Shown: positions 27,127 through 28,077 of the stretch, piece after piece
Layout of the letters: each line of letters starts with the position of its first letter
Numbering within the stretch: position 1 is the first letter of the stretch
From: Candidatus Heimdallarchaeota archaeon
Lineage (GTDB): Archaea > Asgardarchaeota > Heimdallarchaeia > Heimdallarchaeales > Heimdallarchaeaceae
Assembly: GCA_021399345.1 (NCBI GenBank)
Contig: JAAFKI010000001.1
Coordinates: 1-28,077, forward strand
Length of the DNA: 28,077 bases
Direction: 5' to 3'
The notes under the pieces: model-generated
Database searches by the model: none
What the model was told of the DNA's origin: nothing
The model's input: the letters and a program-made list of their open reading frames with translations, nothing else
Made by a program: the position numbers and the translations under genes

Positions 27127-27208
27127 CTTCAAGATACTAAGAAATCATAACATTTATTTTCCTTATTCTTCCCACTAATTTTATTTATTACCAATTTTTG
27201 ATTATCTC

Positions 27209-27643
27209 ATGAAATCAACAATTGATAAATTGAAAAGGGTACACTATCTTAAGCTTGAGAAAGGTGATGATATACTAGAAAGCATAATTTCCTACTGTAA
27301 AGATAACGCGGTGTCATCTGGCGCAGTCCTTGGAATAGGCGCGGTATGTAATCCTTCTTTAGGTTATTTTGACTTAGAAAAAAAAATCTATCTTCAAAAT
27401 GATTATGATTTTAATGCAGAGATACTTAATTGCAGCGGTAACATTGCTAAAAACGCTGAAACTGGGGATTACATGGCACATTTACACATGTTAGTTGGTG
27501 ATCAAAAAGGAAACACCTTTGGTGGACATCTATTACCTGGTAACAAGATTACTGTTACAGGAGAATTTGTAATTTTTGAGACAGAAACAACACTTACTAG
27601 AGCACTAGATGATGAGTTTAAATTATTGTTACTTAATATTTGA
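27209..27643 (+). CDS. PPC/DUF296 domain protein
   Basis: LEKGDDILESI, GIGA, EILNCSGNI, HLHM..GD..G.TFGGHL. Confidence 0.92.
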   Translation: MKSTIDKLKRVHYLKLEKGDDILESIISYCKDNAVSSGAVLGIGAVCNPSLGYFDLEKKIYLQNDYDFNAEILNCSGNIAKNAETGDYMAHLHMLVGDQKGNTFGGHLLPGNKITVTGEFVIFETETTLTRALDDEFKLLLLNI

Positions 27644-27793
27644 TAATGGCTCATTATTCTCTTCGTAATTATTGAGTTTCATAAAATTGCTCATTTTTCT
27701 TCTTCTCTACCAACTCTTCCATGAATCAAAAAGATAATCCTCTAACAAACTTTTAATAAGGCGAAATGAGTTTATCTTATTAAAAATAACCTC

Positions 27794-28077
27794 GTGATTA
27801 TAGTGTCAGATATACTTCAGGAAATACTAAAGAGCGGAGCGATATTGGTTATTGATCCAACAGTCATTCAGACAAATCCTGATGATTTTTTAGATCATTA
27901 TGGACATATGGTGGATGCAATATCATTGGTAGCAAAAGGAAGATCAGGTTTTACTTTCTACCAAAGCAATAGTGCTCCAAAAGATAAAACAAATGGTGTC
28001 TTCTTTCATTCATTTTGTACAATTGCAGACAATATGGGAATAAAAGTGGATGCGGTTACTTATGTTCATGGGGATAG
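27794..28077 (+). CDS. 3'-truncated CDS, possibly a glycoside-hydrolase-like TIM-barrel protein
   Basis: Open frame from GTG at 27794 or 27803 to the window end (...AKGRSGFTFYQSNSAP...FCTIADNMGIKVDAV...). The K..G..FY.S..AP and A..MGIKV.A pattern is weakly GHL-like. Confidence 0.5.
   Translation, partial: MIIVSDILQEILKSGAILVIDPTVIQTNPDDFLDHYGHMVDAISLVAKGRSGFTFYQSNSAPKDKTNGVFFHSFCTIADNMGIKVDAVTYVHGD

Noticed and set aside
1-28077. tRNA, rRNA, integrase or transposase genes
   Set aside because: None recognised on either strand by eye.

Overview
AT-rich archaeal window, most likely from an Asgard archaeon. This is an inference from the co-occurrence of a gelsolin-like protein, an E2 ubiquitin-conjugating enzyme, a Rab-like small GTPase, PolB1, RadA and archaeal S11. 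Most of the window is housekeeping or metabolic: a ribosomal protein cluster end (S11 with a long K/E-rich extension), acyl-thioesterase/MBL/DegV genes, an RsmB/NOP2 methyltransferase, a complete preQ0 operon (queE-mptA/folE2-DUF366-queD-queC), radA, cobA, hbd, and polB1 with a 352-aa LAGLIDADG intein. The standout is a 2.3-kb integrase-less islet at the 3' end of rps11, bounded by a perfect 30-bp direct repeat (1134-1163 = 3473-3502). It encodes (i) eight tandem eukaryote-like C2H2 zinc fingers fused to a PD-(D/E)xK-like nuclease domain and a C-terminal PIP-box-like motif, i.e. a candidate natural zinc-finger nuclease, and (ii) a YaaC-like protein. Other items not explained by the ORF track are a 54-aa ORF ending in GGY directly upstream of the E2 gene and a hairpin-dense candidate ncRNA divergent from polB1. 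All family calls are by-eye motif recognition; no searches were run.
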